From a virus, in IMG/VR virus record IMGVR_UViG_3300020420_001038, positions 1 to 64,000 of that record: a stretch of DNA of 64,000 bases; one strand, given 5' to 3'. The notes under the pieces are model-generated. The model was not told the DNA's origin, made no database searches, and saw only the letters and a list, made by a program, of their open reading frames with translations. Both the position numbers and the translations under genes were made by a program. Of this stretch, positions 8,596 to 18,442 are shown piece after piece. The stretch's first letter is position 1. Every line of letters begins with the position of its first letter.

Positions 8596-9076
8596 CCTGT
8601 TCGCACTGTCGAGAAATATCTTTTACAAAGTAAGCACATACTGGTTTAGGACCCTTTGTCAAAGGCACTGCGAGTAGTTGTCCAGACTTAATTTTCGGGA
8701 AGTACCATTTCACTTCTGTGTAGATATCTACAACATCTATAGGATAGAAATCCGGTTTAGAACTGCTTAAAGGATTGAAAGTAAAAGCGTCAAATCCTCT
8801 ATCATTTAAACTTGTTATTGGAAGCACATGCATTTCTGGCTGTCCTTGTTCTCCAATTAACATTTTCCAATCTAATGGCATTTTAATTTTGTGTTTTCCT
8901 ATTTCAAGCACTGCCGCCGGGGCGTTGAAACTTTCTAAGAATATTAATGGTATGTAGAAAAAATCTGGCTCTTCTGGATTAGTGTTATCTAAAACTGCAA
9001 AACGCAATTTTTCATCTACGTATTCTGGAATTCTTTCCAAAGTATAGGTCTGGTCATCAAGAGTTAGTATTTTCAT
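8573..9076 (-). CDS. Hypothetical all-beta protein (possible degenerate Hint-like fold)
   Basis: 167-aa ORF coupled to uvsW; the fold guess rests on beta-strand pattern only. Confidence 0.6.
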   Translation of the reverse strand: MKILTLDDQTYTLERIPEYVDEKLRFAVLDNTNPEEPDFFYIPLIFLESFNAPAAVLEIGKHKIKMPLDWKMLIGEQGQPEMHVLPITSLNDRGFDAFTFNPLSSSKPDFYPIDVVDIYTEVKWYFPKIKSGQLLAVPLTKGPKPVCAYFVKDISRQCEQVDYGSVW

Positions 9077-10520
9077 AATCTACTTTCTCTATATTATACG
9101 GATAATTTGCCTCTTTGTAAAACTTTTTTCTTTGGGTAAGATGTCTTTTCGCAAATTTGCAACTGCTGGTAATATCCCAAATTTGTACATTGTCTTTATC
9201 TTCTGCCTTACGTATGCCTCTTCCTATGCTTTGAATTACTCTTACAAAAGACTTGCCAGGTTCAATAAGAACAAGGTTGAATATCCTAGGAATATTAATA
9301 CCAACAGAAGCCACTCCATATGTGGCAATAATGATTTTACTTTTTGATGTAGACACTTCATCGTAGTGTTCTTTCCTTTCTAATGTTTTTGTAGATCCTG
9401 ATATAAAGACAGAATCTTTTAATTTTTTTTCTAATATTTCGCCTGCAGATATTCTGTCGACTAAAATTAATGTGTTGCCAGATGTTGATATGTGTTCAAT
9501 AGTTTGAGCAATCCAAGACATTCTGTTGCTATCCGTAGTTAGCCATTTCAATTCTTCTTGATAGTTTTTAAACTCCACTGTGTCTAAGGTCTGCAAAACA
9601 TTGACATGACAGTTTGCTAATACTCCTTTATCCTGTAATTCTTTTGCTGGAATTTTATGAGTTACTTCGCCCAGTGAAACTTTAATCCCCATGTATTCAT
9701 ATTCTTCTTTGGGTATGGTACCTGTAAGTCCCCAACGTATTTGACAATGTGCGAGAGGACCGGTTAACAATCTTTTCAACACATCTGCTTTCGCCATGTG
9801 TACTTCGTCGACTATAATAGTGTTTATACCACTGCAGAATTCTTTAAATTCTGTTGAGTGTTCGTTTTTTGCTTTTTTCTCTAACACGTTTAAACTTTGC
9901 CAAGTAGCAATCGTGTTATATCTTCCTACTTCCTTTCGGTCACCGTAATAAACACCTGTATCTAATTCACAAGCAACGAAGTCTTCTTCAGTTTGTGTTA
10001 CTAGACTTTTGTTTGGCACTATTGTTAATGTTCTACCGTAAGGCTCGACTAATCTACACAACGATGCTGTGATAATAGTTTTTCCGGCACCGGTTGCAAT
10101 TTCCTGTATGCTTTGTGTTTCTTCTAGAAATTTATTAATAGTTTTTACTTGATAATCTCTCAATTCTATAGGTTGTCCAGCACAAGGATGATTTTCCGGC
10201 CATTTAATATCCGACAAATAATCTTTGTCTATCTTTTTAAATTCAACATCAAAGTTTGGTCTTTGGTCATCGAGATCAACATAAACACCGCCGTCTTCAA
10301 GAATTGGCAGTATCTTTTCAACGAGATGAAGATAAGTTGAGCCACCTAATCCAAAGAATGCAATCTTACCGTCCCATCTTCCTAGTTTAACTGATGGTAA
10401 ATGATATGCGTATGGAACTTGATATTTAAATTTTTGATGTAGACGTTGTCTCCATTTCAAGTCTAAATTTTCAAATTTGACATTTACCTGATCTTTTATT
10501 ACAAGTTTGCAACTGCTCAT
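9057..10520 (-). CDS. uvsW: SF2 DNA helicase UvsW
   Basis: LRDYQ, ATGAGKT, VDEVH, GLTGT and QSIGRGIR motifs. Confidence 0.88.
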   Translation of the reverse strand: MSSCKLVIKDQVNVKFENLDLKWRQRLHQKFKYQVPYAYHLPSVKLGRWDGKIAFFGLGGSTYLHLVEKILPILEDGGVYVDLDDQRPNFDVEFKKIDKDYLSDIKWPENHPCAGQPIELRDYQVKTINKFLEETQSIQEIATGAGKTIITASLCRLVEPYGRTLTIVPNKSLVTQTEEDFVACELDTGVYYGDRKEVGRYNTIATWQSLNVLEKKAKNEHSTEFKEFCSGINTIIVDEVHMAKADVLKRLLTGPLAHCQIRWGLTGTIPKEEYEYMGIKVSLGEVTHKIPAKELQDKGVLANCHVNVLQTLDTVEFKNYQEELKWLTTDSNRMSWIAQTIEHISTSGNTLILVDRISAGEILEKKLKDSVFISGSTKTLERKEHYDEVSTSKSKIIIATYGVASVGINIPRIFNLVLIEPGKSFVRVIQSIGRGIRKAEDKDNVQIWDITSSCKFAKRHLTQRKKFYKEANYPYNIEKVDYENTNS

Positions 10521-11857
10521 AGTTTCATTATAACGTTTTCACCCCAATCATAATTTGATGGTCTGTGATCATTATAATACAACATCTTAGGTAAAGAATC
10601 AAGAAATCTCTTCAAATTTTCGGTGCCCGAAGTATAGTAACCACCGCCTAATGTCACCAAAACACATTTTGGTTTTATTTCTGACTTAATTAAAGTTTTT
10701 GGTATTCTATTCCTTACAAAGATAACTTTTGTTTCCTTATCAATATATTTGAATTGCTTACTCAATTGGTACACTTCGTATAAGGTTTGAAATTTAGCAT
10801 CACTCATTTTTCCAACTATATTATCGTTATACTCAAAATCTTCGTCTCGTCTTTTTGGTTGTTTGATGTCAAAACCAAATGAAATATTTTTTGGAGTGAT
10901 TCCATGTCTTTCAAAAGTTGATAACCATAAGTCCCACTCATCTGCATCCTCGTCTGTATTAGGATCTCCACTAACAGGTATCACAAGTGGAAAACAATTT
11001 AGTTCTGCCAATCCTCCAATTACTTGATCTCTGCTATAATCGTTTTTGTTGATCCATGCTTTAGTTTTTGTACACAATGCTATTTTCTTTCCCAACTCGG
11101 TCCAACTTCTTACTTTTAAGTTTTGTGTAGATATACCAAACTCTTTTAATCGATCTGCCTGTATCAACGGTTTTTCATTTTTAACATTAGTATTCCAATA
11201 TTCATAGAAACTTTCTTCTGCATTGTCTACAATGATTTCATTTCCGATTAACCTAGCAACCGGCTTCTTGTAAGAACATTTTTCTTTTTTTACTTCTAGG
11301 TATTCATCATATAACTCGGGTGTAATAAATTTAAAGTCATAACGTATTGCAATTAGTGTCAAAAAATATACTGTCACGTCGCTGTGTAGGAATGTCCATT
11401 TTTTATTTTCACCGTCGTATTTTGCGTACATTCCAGGTAAGTCCTTGTGATCCTTAAGCATTCTCACCAAACTAATAATTTTTTTAGTGTAAGGAAATTT
11501 TAATTCAATTTTTGTAATTTCGTCGTCGTCTATAAATTTTTCAATGCTTTTTTCAAAATTTATAACTCTAAATGGTTGTTCGTACTGTGGATTGTCCAGT
11601 AATTGCTTGATATCCATACCGTGTGCTTGAAACTTTGTTAGGTATCTTTTTAGAATTACAACCGCTAATTTTGCCTGTTTTTCTGTCCAGGCATATTGAG
11701 CCTCTGCCAATGATTTCACTGTTTCAAAATCTTTGGGATGAGCATTGATCTGGGTATTTGGTGTTTTTGGATGACTATACCAAAAATAATCATTATATGC
11801 TAATATTTTAAGTGCTTCGTTTATTGTTTTTGGTAAATCTGTGTGCATATTACTCAT
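10517..11857 (-). CDS. Hypothetical protein upstream of uvsW
   Basis: 446-aa ORF with ATGA coupling to uvsW and its own sigma70 promoter. Confidence 0.7.
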   Translation of the reverse strand: MSNMHTDLPKTINEALKILAYNDYFWYSHPKTPNTQINAHPKDFETVKSLAEAQYAWTEKQAKLAVVILKRYLTKFQAHGMDIKQLLDNPQYEQPFRVINFEKSIEKFIDDDEITKIELKFPYTKKIISLVRMLKDHKDLPGMYAKYDGENKKWTFLHSDVTVYFLTLIAIRYDFKFITPELYDEYLEVKKEKCSYKKPVARLIGNEIIVDNAEESFYEYWNTNVKNEKPLIQADRLKEFGISTQNLKVRSWTELGKKIALCTKTKAWINKNDYSRDQVIGGLAELNCFPLVIPVSGDPNTDEDADEWDLWLSTFERHGITPKNISFGFDIKQPKRRDEDFEYNDNIVGKMSDAKFQTLYEVYQLSKQFKYIDKETKVIFVRNRIPKTLIKSEIKPKCVLVTLGGGYYTSGTENLKRFLDSLPKMLYYNDHRPSNYDWGENVIMKL

Positions 11858-11876
11858 GTGTTTTTAGATAATTATT

Positions 11877-11905
11877 AGTATAACACAACTGGTAATTTTA
11901 GTCAA
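11877..11905 (-). promoter_or_regulatory. Sigma70-type promoter
   Basis: TTGACT-17 bp-TATACT with extended TG. Confidence 0.75.
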
Positions 11906-11908
11906 CCT

Positions 11909-12376
11909 ATGGAAAAACACAGTAAAAGTCAAAGGAAAAGTCTTAAAAAACAATTCAAAAGAACTCTGACCGAAAGAGAAGGGGTTGTTGGATTTAAGCC
12001 AACGCCTGTAATGGCGGCACATTGGTTTAGAAAACTTAACCAAATGCTGTTCGACAACAAGTTACGTGGTTGCGTGATCCATATAAGAAAACTTCATCAT
12101 GACTGGGGTAGATGTGTGGCAGACTGGGACAACAGACATTGTAGAAAAGGAACGTTTGACCAGAGAGTGATACCGTACCACAAAACTGAAGTATTCTACA
12201 GAATTGAACTACATTGTAAATTTCCAAAATGGAAGGATTTTATCGAAACACTTGCACACGAAATGGTTCATCTTTATCAAATGCAAGTTATAAAAGATCC
12301 GTATTCTAATCATAACGAAAACTTCTATAGTTTTAGAAATAAATTTAATTCTGTTGGTTTAAGACTTTATCGTTAA
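11909..12376 (+). CDS. SprT-like zinc metalloprotease
   Basis: LNxxLF, TLAHEMVHLYQ and a downstream H-x-x-x-F. Confidence 0.8.
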   Translation: MEKHSKSQRKSLKKQFKRTLTEREGVVGFKPTPVMAAHWFRKLNQMLFDNKLRGCVIHIRKLHHDWGRCVADWDNRHCRKGTFDQRVIPYHKTEVFYRIELHCKFPKWKDFIETLAHEMVHLYQMQVIKDPYSNHNENFYSFRNKFNSVGLRLYR

Positions 12377-13097
12377 ATTCTTTATAGGTCATTAACTTGC
12401 TATTGCCATGGTCTGTGCCTGTCTGCAAGTAGTTCATATATTCTGGTGGATCGTCATGCACCACAGTGTAATTCACGTAAGGTCTCATCTTTAGCATGTC
12501 TCTGAATTGTTTAAGCCATCCTTCAAATATTTTGTCATCATCTCTTGGTCCGTAATTGATACTACCTTGATAGATGTTGTTCAGTTGTCCCTTTCCGTAT
12601 TCCCTAAAATCAAAACCTAGTAGATATATATTTTTATGTCCATGTACACCTGCTGTCCAAAATGCAGTGTTTCCGGATATCCAATGTGGATTATTAGGTA
12701 TGAGATGTAATAGTCCTTTGTTTTGTTTTCTATTAACCTCCAGTGATGGCGCATAGTGTATTGTCTTTTCACCCACTTTGTTCTCAACCATTTCTGTTGT
12801 CATTTTTGTATCAACACTAAAAATAAAATCCGGAGTGAAGTCTCTGTAAATTGCATTACAACCATATGTTTGTCCTGTGGCTTTAAGGCTATTGAGATCA
12901 AATCCTTTACGACTAGGACCATTGCCTATTACATAAGCATTTCCTCTAGGCACTGCTTTGACTTGATCCTCAAAGTAGGCAGTCTCTTGTATTTTTTTGC
13001 CTCCTCTTATAATGGTGGCTAATATTACAGTTTCACCTTTGTATTGTTCAAATTCGATACGCTCAATTTCTCCTGGCTGTAAATTTAAAGTTCTCAT
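12345..13097 (-). CDS. DUF115/MptE/Maf-like (GT29/GT42-related) protein
   Basis: VIGNGPSR, YGCNA, SVD, SG and IYLLGFD motifs; start 13097 is coupled to the upstream stop. Confidence 0.65.
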   Translation of the reverse strand: MRTLNLQPGEIERIEFEQYKGETVILATIIRGGKKIQETAYFEDQVKAVPRGNAYVIGNGPSRKGFDLNSLKATGQTYGCNAIYRDFTPDFIFSVDTKMTTEMVENKVGEKTIHYAPSLEVNRKQNKGLLHLIPNNPHWISGNTAFWTAGVHGHKNIYLLGFDFREYGKGQLNNIYQGSINYGPRDDDKIFEGWLKQFRDMLKMRPYVNYTVVHDDPPEYMNYLQTGTDHGNSKLMTYKEFNDKVLNQQN

Positions 13098-13966
13098 TTT
13101 AGATATTTTTCCTCTATTCTTTTTTTGATTCTTTTCCATGGTATACCCTGTCTAATCTCGTCCTCGAACCATTCTGTATATGCAAGTTGGTTTGCCCATT
13201 TTTGTCTTGCTGGCATGGCAGGTGTGTTTATATCGCTTAAACTTATATTTCCAACATCGTGGCATAAACTATCCTCCGATACAAACACAGGTATTCCGTG
13301 GATTACTGCCTCCATGGCAGGATTAGAACTATGATTTACAACTGCCCATGTTCTTTCCAATGTTGCTTTAAAATCAGTATCATCGTAAGTTGTAAAATCT
13401 CTTTTTGGTTGCCTCACCTTAACATTTGTGAATTTATTGTTTGGAAACCCTATGTTATTCCTAGGATGTGGTCTGACTAAAATAGGTCTAGTTGTATATT
13501 TCCTGATTTCCATTATTTGTTGTTCAATCCATTGCTCCATCTTTGGCAAACCTTTCCATTGTTCAGATGAGTCATGCTGACCACATATGACAATTATTTC
13601 TCCTGTGCTATTCCAATTTTTTAAGGTATGATTAAACAAAGGCCATCTTTTATCATCAAAATTTTGGTTGGCAAAATCGGCACGCCTGTTTATTCCGTTT
13701 ATTCCTATTTTGAAACTTTTGTTTCTACGCAGGCCGCCCACTTCTAAGACTACAACTGGTTTGTTTTGATTCCTGTACTCGTTATATATTGTTCTATATC
13801 TTTCCATTCTGCCACGCCATAGCACAGACCATATCACAGCCACATCTGCGTTTGCTCTCGTGTTAACAAAAACTTCCTCTCCATTGTCTCTTAAACTTTG
13901 TATAAACGCTTCAAATATTGGTTTGGAATTGATAGGTCCATGTTCGGGCCATACTTCTATTCTCAT
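13094..13966 (-). CDS. KpsS/KpsC-like capsule biosynthesis glycosyltransferase (paralog 1)
   Basis: GQHD, VRPHP, NHSSNPAMEAVIHGIPV and LAYTEW motifs. Confidence 0.65.
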   Translation of the reverse strand: MRIEVWPEHGPINSKPIFEAFIQSLRDNGEEVFVNTRANADVAVIWSVLWRGRMERYRTIYNEYRNQNKPVVVLEVGGLRRNKSFKIGINGINRRADFANQNFDDKRWPLFNHTLKNWNSTGEIIVICGQHDSSEQWKGLPKMEQWIEQQIMEIRKYTTRPILVRPHPRNNIGFPNNKFTNVKVRQPKRDFTTYDDTDFKATLERTWAVVNHSSNPAMEAVIHGIPVFVSEDSLCHDVGNISLSDINTPAMPARQKWANQLAYTEWFEDEIRQGIPWKRIKKRIEEKYLK

Positions 13967-14862
13967 TTTAAATTCTTCCAGTAATCTACTTGGAATATAT
14001 CAACAGGTGCGTTTGGATTTGCCCTTAGATCATTTGCTTTTGATCTTCCTTCTTTTTTTCGACTGCCTTTCATGTGATCCATGTATTGCCCAAGTTCGCT
14101 ATTAACAAATACATGATGACCCTTTACTCCTTTCCAATATCCTATGTCATTAAATTTAATAGGATACGGACTTTCTTTTTTATATTTTTTTGTTAGGTAC
14201 CAAAATACGTAGGAGTCATGCCACTCTAATAATTTAAAAACTTCGTCTGTGACGTATAATTTTTCCCAGTCATTTACAAAACTTTGTATTTCTGGATGTT
14301 TAAGATTATAACCAACAAAACCACATTCAGGATATTTGCCGCCGTCGTTAAGTTTAGGATTTTCTCTCCCGAGGTAGGTTACCATTGTGTCTGACGGTAA
14401 CAGAGATTCAAAAAAATCCATCGGCACTGGCCTGAAAGTAAATGTGTCGGCATCTATCCATACTACATAATCATAGTCTTGCGAATTTCTTACACCGTTT
14501 ACAACGCAAAAAACTTTATTAGCAAATCTCACAGCCGCCCATAGGTATGAACCTTTTGTTGCATCTTTGCCGCCTTTGGTTTTTAATTCGGCAGGACGTC
14601 TCACACCACCAGGTATTTCCTGTAATTCACCATTTGCAACCGGATCATCCTTGTGTTTATTTTTAAATTTAAAAAGTTCAGGCTCCGCTGAGTTTAGGTC
14701 TATCCATTGTATTCTGTCATAATCGCATTTAGGTTTTGGTTCTTCTGCATACACTACAATATCAATTTCTTTTGGAAATTGTTCGGCCATGCTTTCAACA
14801 CCTTTCTTTGAATATGCTTCCCAAGTGCCTGGCTTATAACTCGTAATTACTTTTATCCTCAT
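13963..14862 (-). CDS. GT-A fold glycosyltransferase
   Basis: RFANKVF, VWIDAD (DxD), ECGFVGYN, WHDSYVF and DHMKG motifs. Confidence 0.7.
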   Translation of the reverse strand: MRIKVITSYKPGTWEAYSKKGVESMAEQFPKEIDIVVYAEEPKPKCDYDRIQWIDLNSAEPELFKFKNKHKDDPVANGELQEIPGGVRRPAELKTKGGKDATKGSYLWAAVRFANKVFCVVNGVRNSQDYDYVVWIDADTFTFRPVPMDFFESLLPSDTMVTYLGRENPKLNDGGKYPECGFVGYNLKHPEIQSFVNDWEKLYVTDEVFKLLEWHDSYVFWYLTKKYKKESPYPIKFNDIGYWKGVKGHHVFVNSELGQYMDHMKGSRKKEGRSKANDLRANPNAPVDIFQVDYWKNLK

Positions 14863-14874
14863 AATCCTATTTAA

Positions 14875-16635
14875 TTAAAAATACATTTGGTATTTTTTTA
14901 TCCAATCGTTTACTATCCATGCAGGAATTAATGCCTTGCCTGCTTTTTGACTTGCTTTAATTACATCCAATTTACTTTGATCTTTCATGGATTCATTATA
15001 AAACTTTTTTAATTTTTCACTCATATTGGTTGTCAGCCAATGCCCAACTGGTACGGTCCATCCTGTTTTACCTTTGTTGATGATTTCGTTTGGCAATAGT
15101 CCTTGGTATGATTGTTTTGTTAATATCTTTGTGTTACTTTTATCTATACCCATTTTAATTTCGCTATGCATACCCATACAGTATTTCATAAATGTTTTGG
15201 ATGCCAACGGAAATCTACCTTCCATACCGTACGCCATTCCATACTTGTCATTCCTATTAAACATCTCTTCAGGTACCTGGGCCACACAATCTAGCGCCAT
15301 ATATGATCCAACGGGATCATTTGGGTTCCAAAGGTCTCCAGAATAACACTTTTTAAATTCTTCAAGTAAAATATTTTCATTCAGCGGATTATCTGTTAAT
15401 TGTAAAGGCCTTTTTATTCTTTTGAGCCACAATTTTAAAATATCATCCCATGTTGTTAATTTGTCTTTTCCTATTTGTTTTCTTAACCATTCAGGATTTT
15501 TCATTTTCCAGTATTTTGGATATCCTGCTAGAACCTCATCACCCATATCTCCGGCCATTGTGACTACAATATCTTTGGATGATAGAAACTTGTTAGTGTA
15601 GCAATACATGGCCATACTAGGATTGTAAACAGGTTGTTCCATATAATAAATCGAGTCTTGCCATGATTCTATAAAATTTTCGGGTGTAATAGGAACTTCT
15701 GTATGATTGAACTTATTCTGATTTGCAAGGATACTGGCACAGACGGCATCTTCGTTATAGTCCTCATCTGCTTTTACATTTGGATACATCTTATTTGTAA
15801 AGGAGTTTACCTCGCCTTTCACTTTATTAAGTTCATACGCAACTAAACTCGAATCCAATCCACCGCTTAAAAATACTCCAATTTTTCTTCTACCAATACT
15901 ACACATCTTAACTGCTTCGTGAGATATGGATCTAAATTCGTCTGCATTAAACGTGTTCTGACTTACAGGTTTTATATGTTGTCTGTATATTCTTTTTATT
16001 TTTTTATTTGCGACATCGTATACAACAGTTTCGCCTGCTAGTAATTTTTTTATGCCACTAAAAAATGTATTTCTTAAAGCATTGATTCCTGTCTTTCCCA
16101 TAAAACTTACAGCCAGTGGATCAATCTTCCTTGCGTTTGGAACTTTATCTATCATGCCTTTTATCTCAGATCCAAACACCAGTCCTTCTTTTATTTCCGC
16201 ATAGAATAATGGTTTGATACCAGCGTGATCACGTGATATCCAAAGTTCTTGTTCTTTTATTTTGTAATACGCAAAACCATGCATTGAATCAATTTCATCT
16301 AAAAATTTTAAACCAAAAGTGTCTAACCCCCAAGCAAGTAAGTCGGTATCGGTACCTGTAAGTCCAGCAAATCCTTTGCCCTTATACTTTTGTTTTAATT
16401 CGTAGTAGTTGAATATTTCACCATTGTATACCAAAATATTTCCGTCTGGGGTCTTCCATGGTTGTATTGATATTTTTGGATCACTCATGATCGAAAGCAA
16501 ATTATGACCTAGGGTGATTTTGCTATCAGGATCCCACCAAACCTTTTCTCCATCCGGTCCTCTATGTTTACATGTTTGTATGTATTGGTGTATGAATTCA
16601 GGATTTTTTTCAGTGATTCCGTATATTCCACACAT
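14875..16635 (-). CDS. asnB: Asparagine synthase (glutamine-hydrolysing) family amidotransferase
   Basis: N-terminal MCGI, HRGPD, YNGEIFN, RDHAGIKPLFY, LSGGLDSS and GDMGDE motifs. Confidence 0.9.
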   Translation of the reverse strand: MCGIYGITEKNPEFIHQYIQTCKHRGPDGEKVWWDPDSKITLGHNLLSIMSDPKISIQPWKTPDGNILVYNGEIFNYYELKQKYKGKGFAGLTGTDTDLLAWGLDTFGLKFLDEIDSMHGFAYYKIKEQELWISRDHAGIKPLFYAEIKEGLVFGSEIKGMIDKVPNARKIDPLAVSFMGKTGINALRNTFFSGIKKLLAGETVVYDVANKKIKRIYRQHIKPVSQNTFNADEFRSISHEAVKMCSIGRRKIGVFLSGGLDSSLVAYELNKVKGEVNSFTNKMYPNVKADEDYNEDAVCASILANQNKFNHTEVPITPENFIESWQDSIYYMEQPVYNPSMAMYCYTNKFLSSKDIVVTMAGDMGDEVLAGYPKYWKMKNPEWLRKQIGKDKLTTWDDILKLWLKRIKRPLQLTDNPLNENILLEEFKKCYSGDLWNPNDPVGSYMALDCVAQVPEEMFNRNDKYGMAYGMEGRFPLASKTFMKYCMGMHSEIKMGIDKSNTKILTKQSYQGLLPNEIINKGKTGWTVPVGHWLTTNMSEKLKKFYNESMKDQSKLDVIKASQKAGKALIPAWIVNDWIKKYQMYF

Positions 16636-17618
16636 TATAAGCCAAGCCTCTCTTTAAATCTTTTGAATACTGTACCATCACGTATTTCTTCTTCGGTCCA
16701 TTGTTTGTATCCTATATCATATACCCATTGGTCTCTATTGGGATATTTTGGATTTTCTATGTCGTCTAATTTTGTATTTGCTACTGGCCAACAAATTGCA
16801 AGATCTGAGGTAACAAAGGTAGGGATTCCACGAACGCAGGAATCGATACTGGCAGTAGAGTTGTGAGTAATAACAGCATGACAATTAGTTATGGCTTCTT
16901 GAAAGTTAAATCTATAGTACTTTTTTTCATCACCTGAAAAAAATTTTTGTCCTATTATAACCTTGCAATCTTCGGGAAATTCTTTAACACGTTCTTCTAT
17001 GTGTGCCATGTGGTTAGGATGAGGTCTGATTAAAAATTGCCTTTTAGTCAATGGTCTAATTTTATCATACACACTTCTAAACCACTCAATAGGATCAAGT
17101 TCATTCATACTCCAATTATCTTTTGGTTGCAAAACAAATAATATAGGATCATCTTGATTACTTTTTCTCCATGGTTCATACTTTATATTCCATGTTTTTT
17201 TCATCATCTCCCATCTATCGGGAGGACTGTTATCAGATAAAAAATTTCCGTTGTTCATTGGAGAATACAAACTTACACGCCAATGGTGTTTTGGATGAGT
17301 GATTGTGTTTCCAAAACTAGATAGGATGCCACCATCGAAAGTTATAATGTATATTCCTTTTTTCTTTGCTCTCTCAACAAGGTCTCTGCGTCTTCCTTTG
17401 GTGTGATGCATTTGATTTGTACCACCATATCCAAACATACAACCAATTTTTGCAGTTGGTTCCATTTCATTCGCAGTCCAGTCGCCGGTCTTATTTTCAT
17501 TCACCATTATTGGATTATCTCCACAAGCACGTATTCCTTCTGCCATGTGTTGTAGAAGTTCCCAACTAGCACCACGTCTACGGTCTTTAACTGTCCGTCT
17601 AAAGATTTCAACGTCCAT
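16635..17618 (-). CDS. KpsS/KpsC-like glycosyltransferase (paralog 2)
   Basis: LQPKD, IRPHP, THNSTASIDSCVRGIP and IGYKQWTEEE motifs. Confidence 0.65.
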   Translation of the reverse strand: MDVEIFRRTVKDRRRGASWELLQHMAEGIRACGDNPIMVNENKTGDWTANEMEPTAKIGCMFGYGGTNQMHHTKGRRRDLVERAKKKGIYIITFDGGILSSFGNTITHPKHHWRVSLYSPMNNGNFLSDNSPPDRWEMMKKTWNIKYEPWRKSNQDDPILFVLQPKDNWSMNELDPIEWFRSVYDKIRPLTKRQFLIRPHPNHMAHIEERVKEFPEDCKVIIGQKFFSGDEKKYYRFNFQEAITNCHAVITHNSTASIDSCVRGIPTFVTSDLAICWPVANTKLDDIENPKYPNRDQWVYDIGYKQWTEEEIRDGTVFKRFKERLGL

Positions 17619-18423
17619 CTAATATCTCCATTGCATAACCATTCCTAAATTCTTCTTGTGTAAACTGTCCGTATGCCAAACTATAAAAAATAGGTTCTCT
17701 GTCTTGGTACATAGGAGTCTCAATCTTTGTAAAGTCGGATTCACAAATTGGACCACAAGGATTTTCAAAATTACTGAAACACGGTACACCGTTGTGTAAT
17801 GCTTTTATTGTGATTGAACTATTAAATGTTACTACTGCATGAACCTGATCCCATTCGAATGGCTTATCTGGTTGTTTGTTTTCGCTAGGTCCTGGTTGCA
17901 TTCTGCCTACTTCGTCGATAAAACTTTTTGGATTATAAGGTTTTTCTCTAACAATAATTTGTCTATCACTGTTTGCTTTAAGTATTTTTAATGTTTCTGC
18001 GAGCCAATCTTGTGCATCAAAGTGTAATGCCATGCTATGACTTGGTGGCACAACTAAAATATATTTTCCGTCCTTATGATAAGGTTGAATTGCATCACCT
18101 CGATAATATTTTTTGTACCTGTCGTCAGGTCTGTCCTCGATAAATGTTTTGACGTGTTGGTTTTTGACACATCTCATCCAATAAGGTGTACCTCTACTGT
18201 CACCCCAGTAAGGTCTATCAATATAATAAAAGTCTTTTTTATTTTTTTTTGCCCAGTGATAAACCAAATTAGTGCCTCGTAGGACGCCCATGAATGTTAC
18301 TTTTTTACAATCATTTGAATTCAGAACATCTTGGTAAGATACTATTTTACCATTCATTCCCCTGCTCATTGCTTCTATATATTTTTCAGTGTTGGCTCTT
18401 TCTGTTTTTACTGCGTAAAACAT
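17608..18423 (-). CDS. KpsS/KpsC-like glycosyltransferase (paralog 3)
   Basis: YIDRPYW, LVVPPS, REKP, TFNSSITIKALHNGVP and LAYGQFTQEE motifs. Confidence 0.55.
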   Translation of the reverse strand: MFYAVKTERANTEKYIEAMSRGMNGKIVSYQDVLNSNDCKKVTFMGVLRGTNLVYHWAKKNKKDFYYIDRPYWGDSRGTPYWMRCVKNQHVKTFIEDRPDDRYKKYYRGDAIQPYHKDGKYILVVPPSHSMALHFDAQDWLAETLKILKANSDRQIIVREKPYNPKSFIDEVGRMQPGPSENKQPDKPFEWDQVHAVVTFNSSITIKALHNGVPCFSNFENPCGPICESDFTKIETPMYQDREPIFYSLAYGQFTQEEFRNGYAMEILDGR

Positions 18424-18442
18424 AATATTATTGTAAATGATT

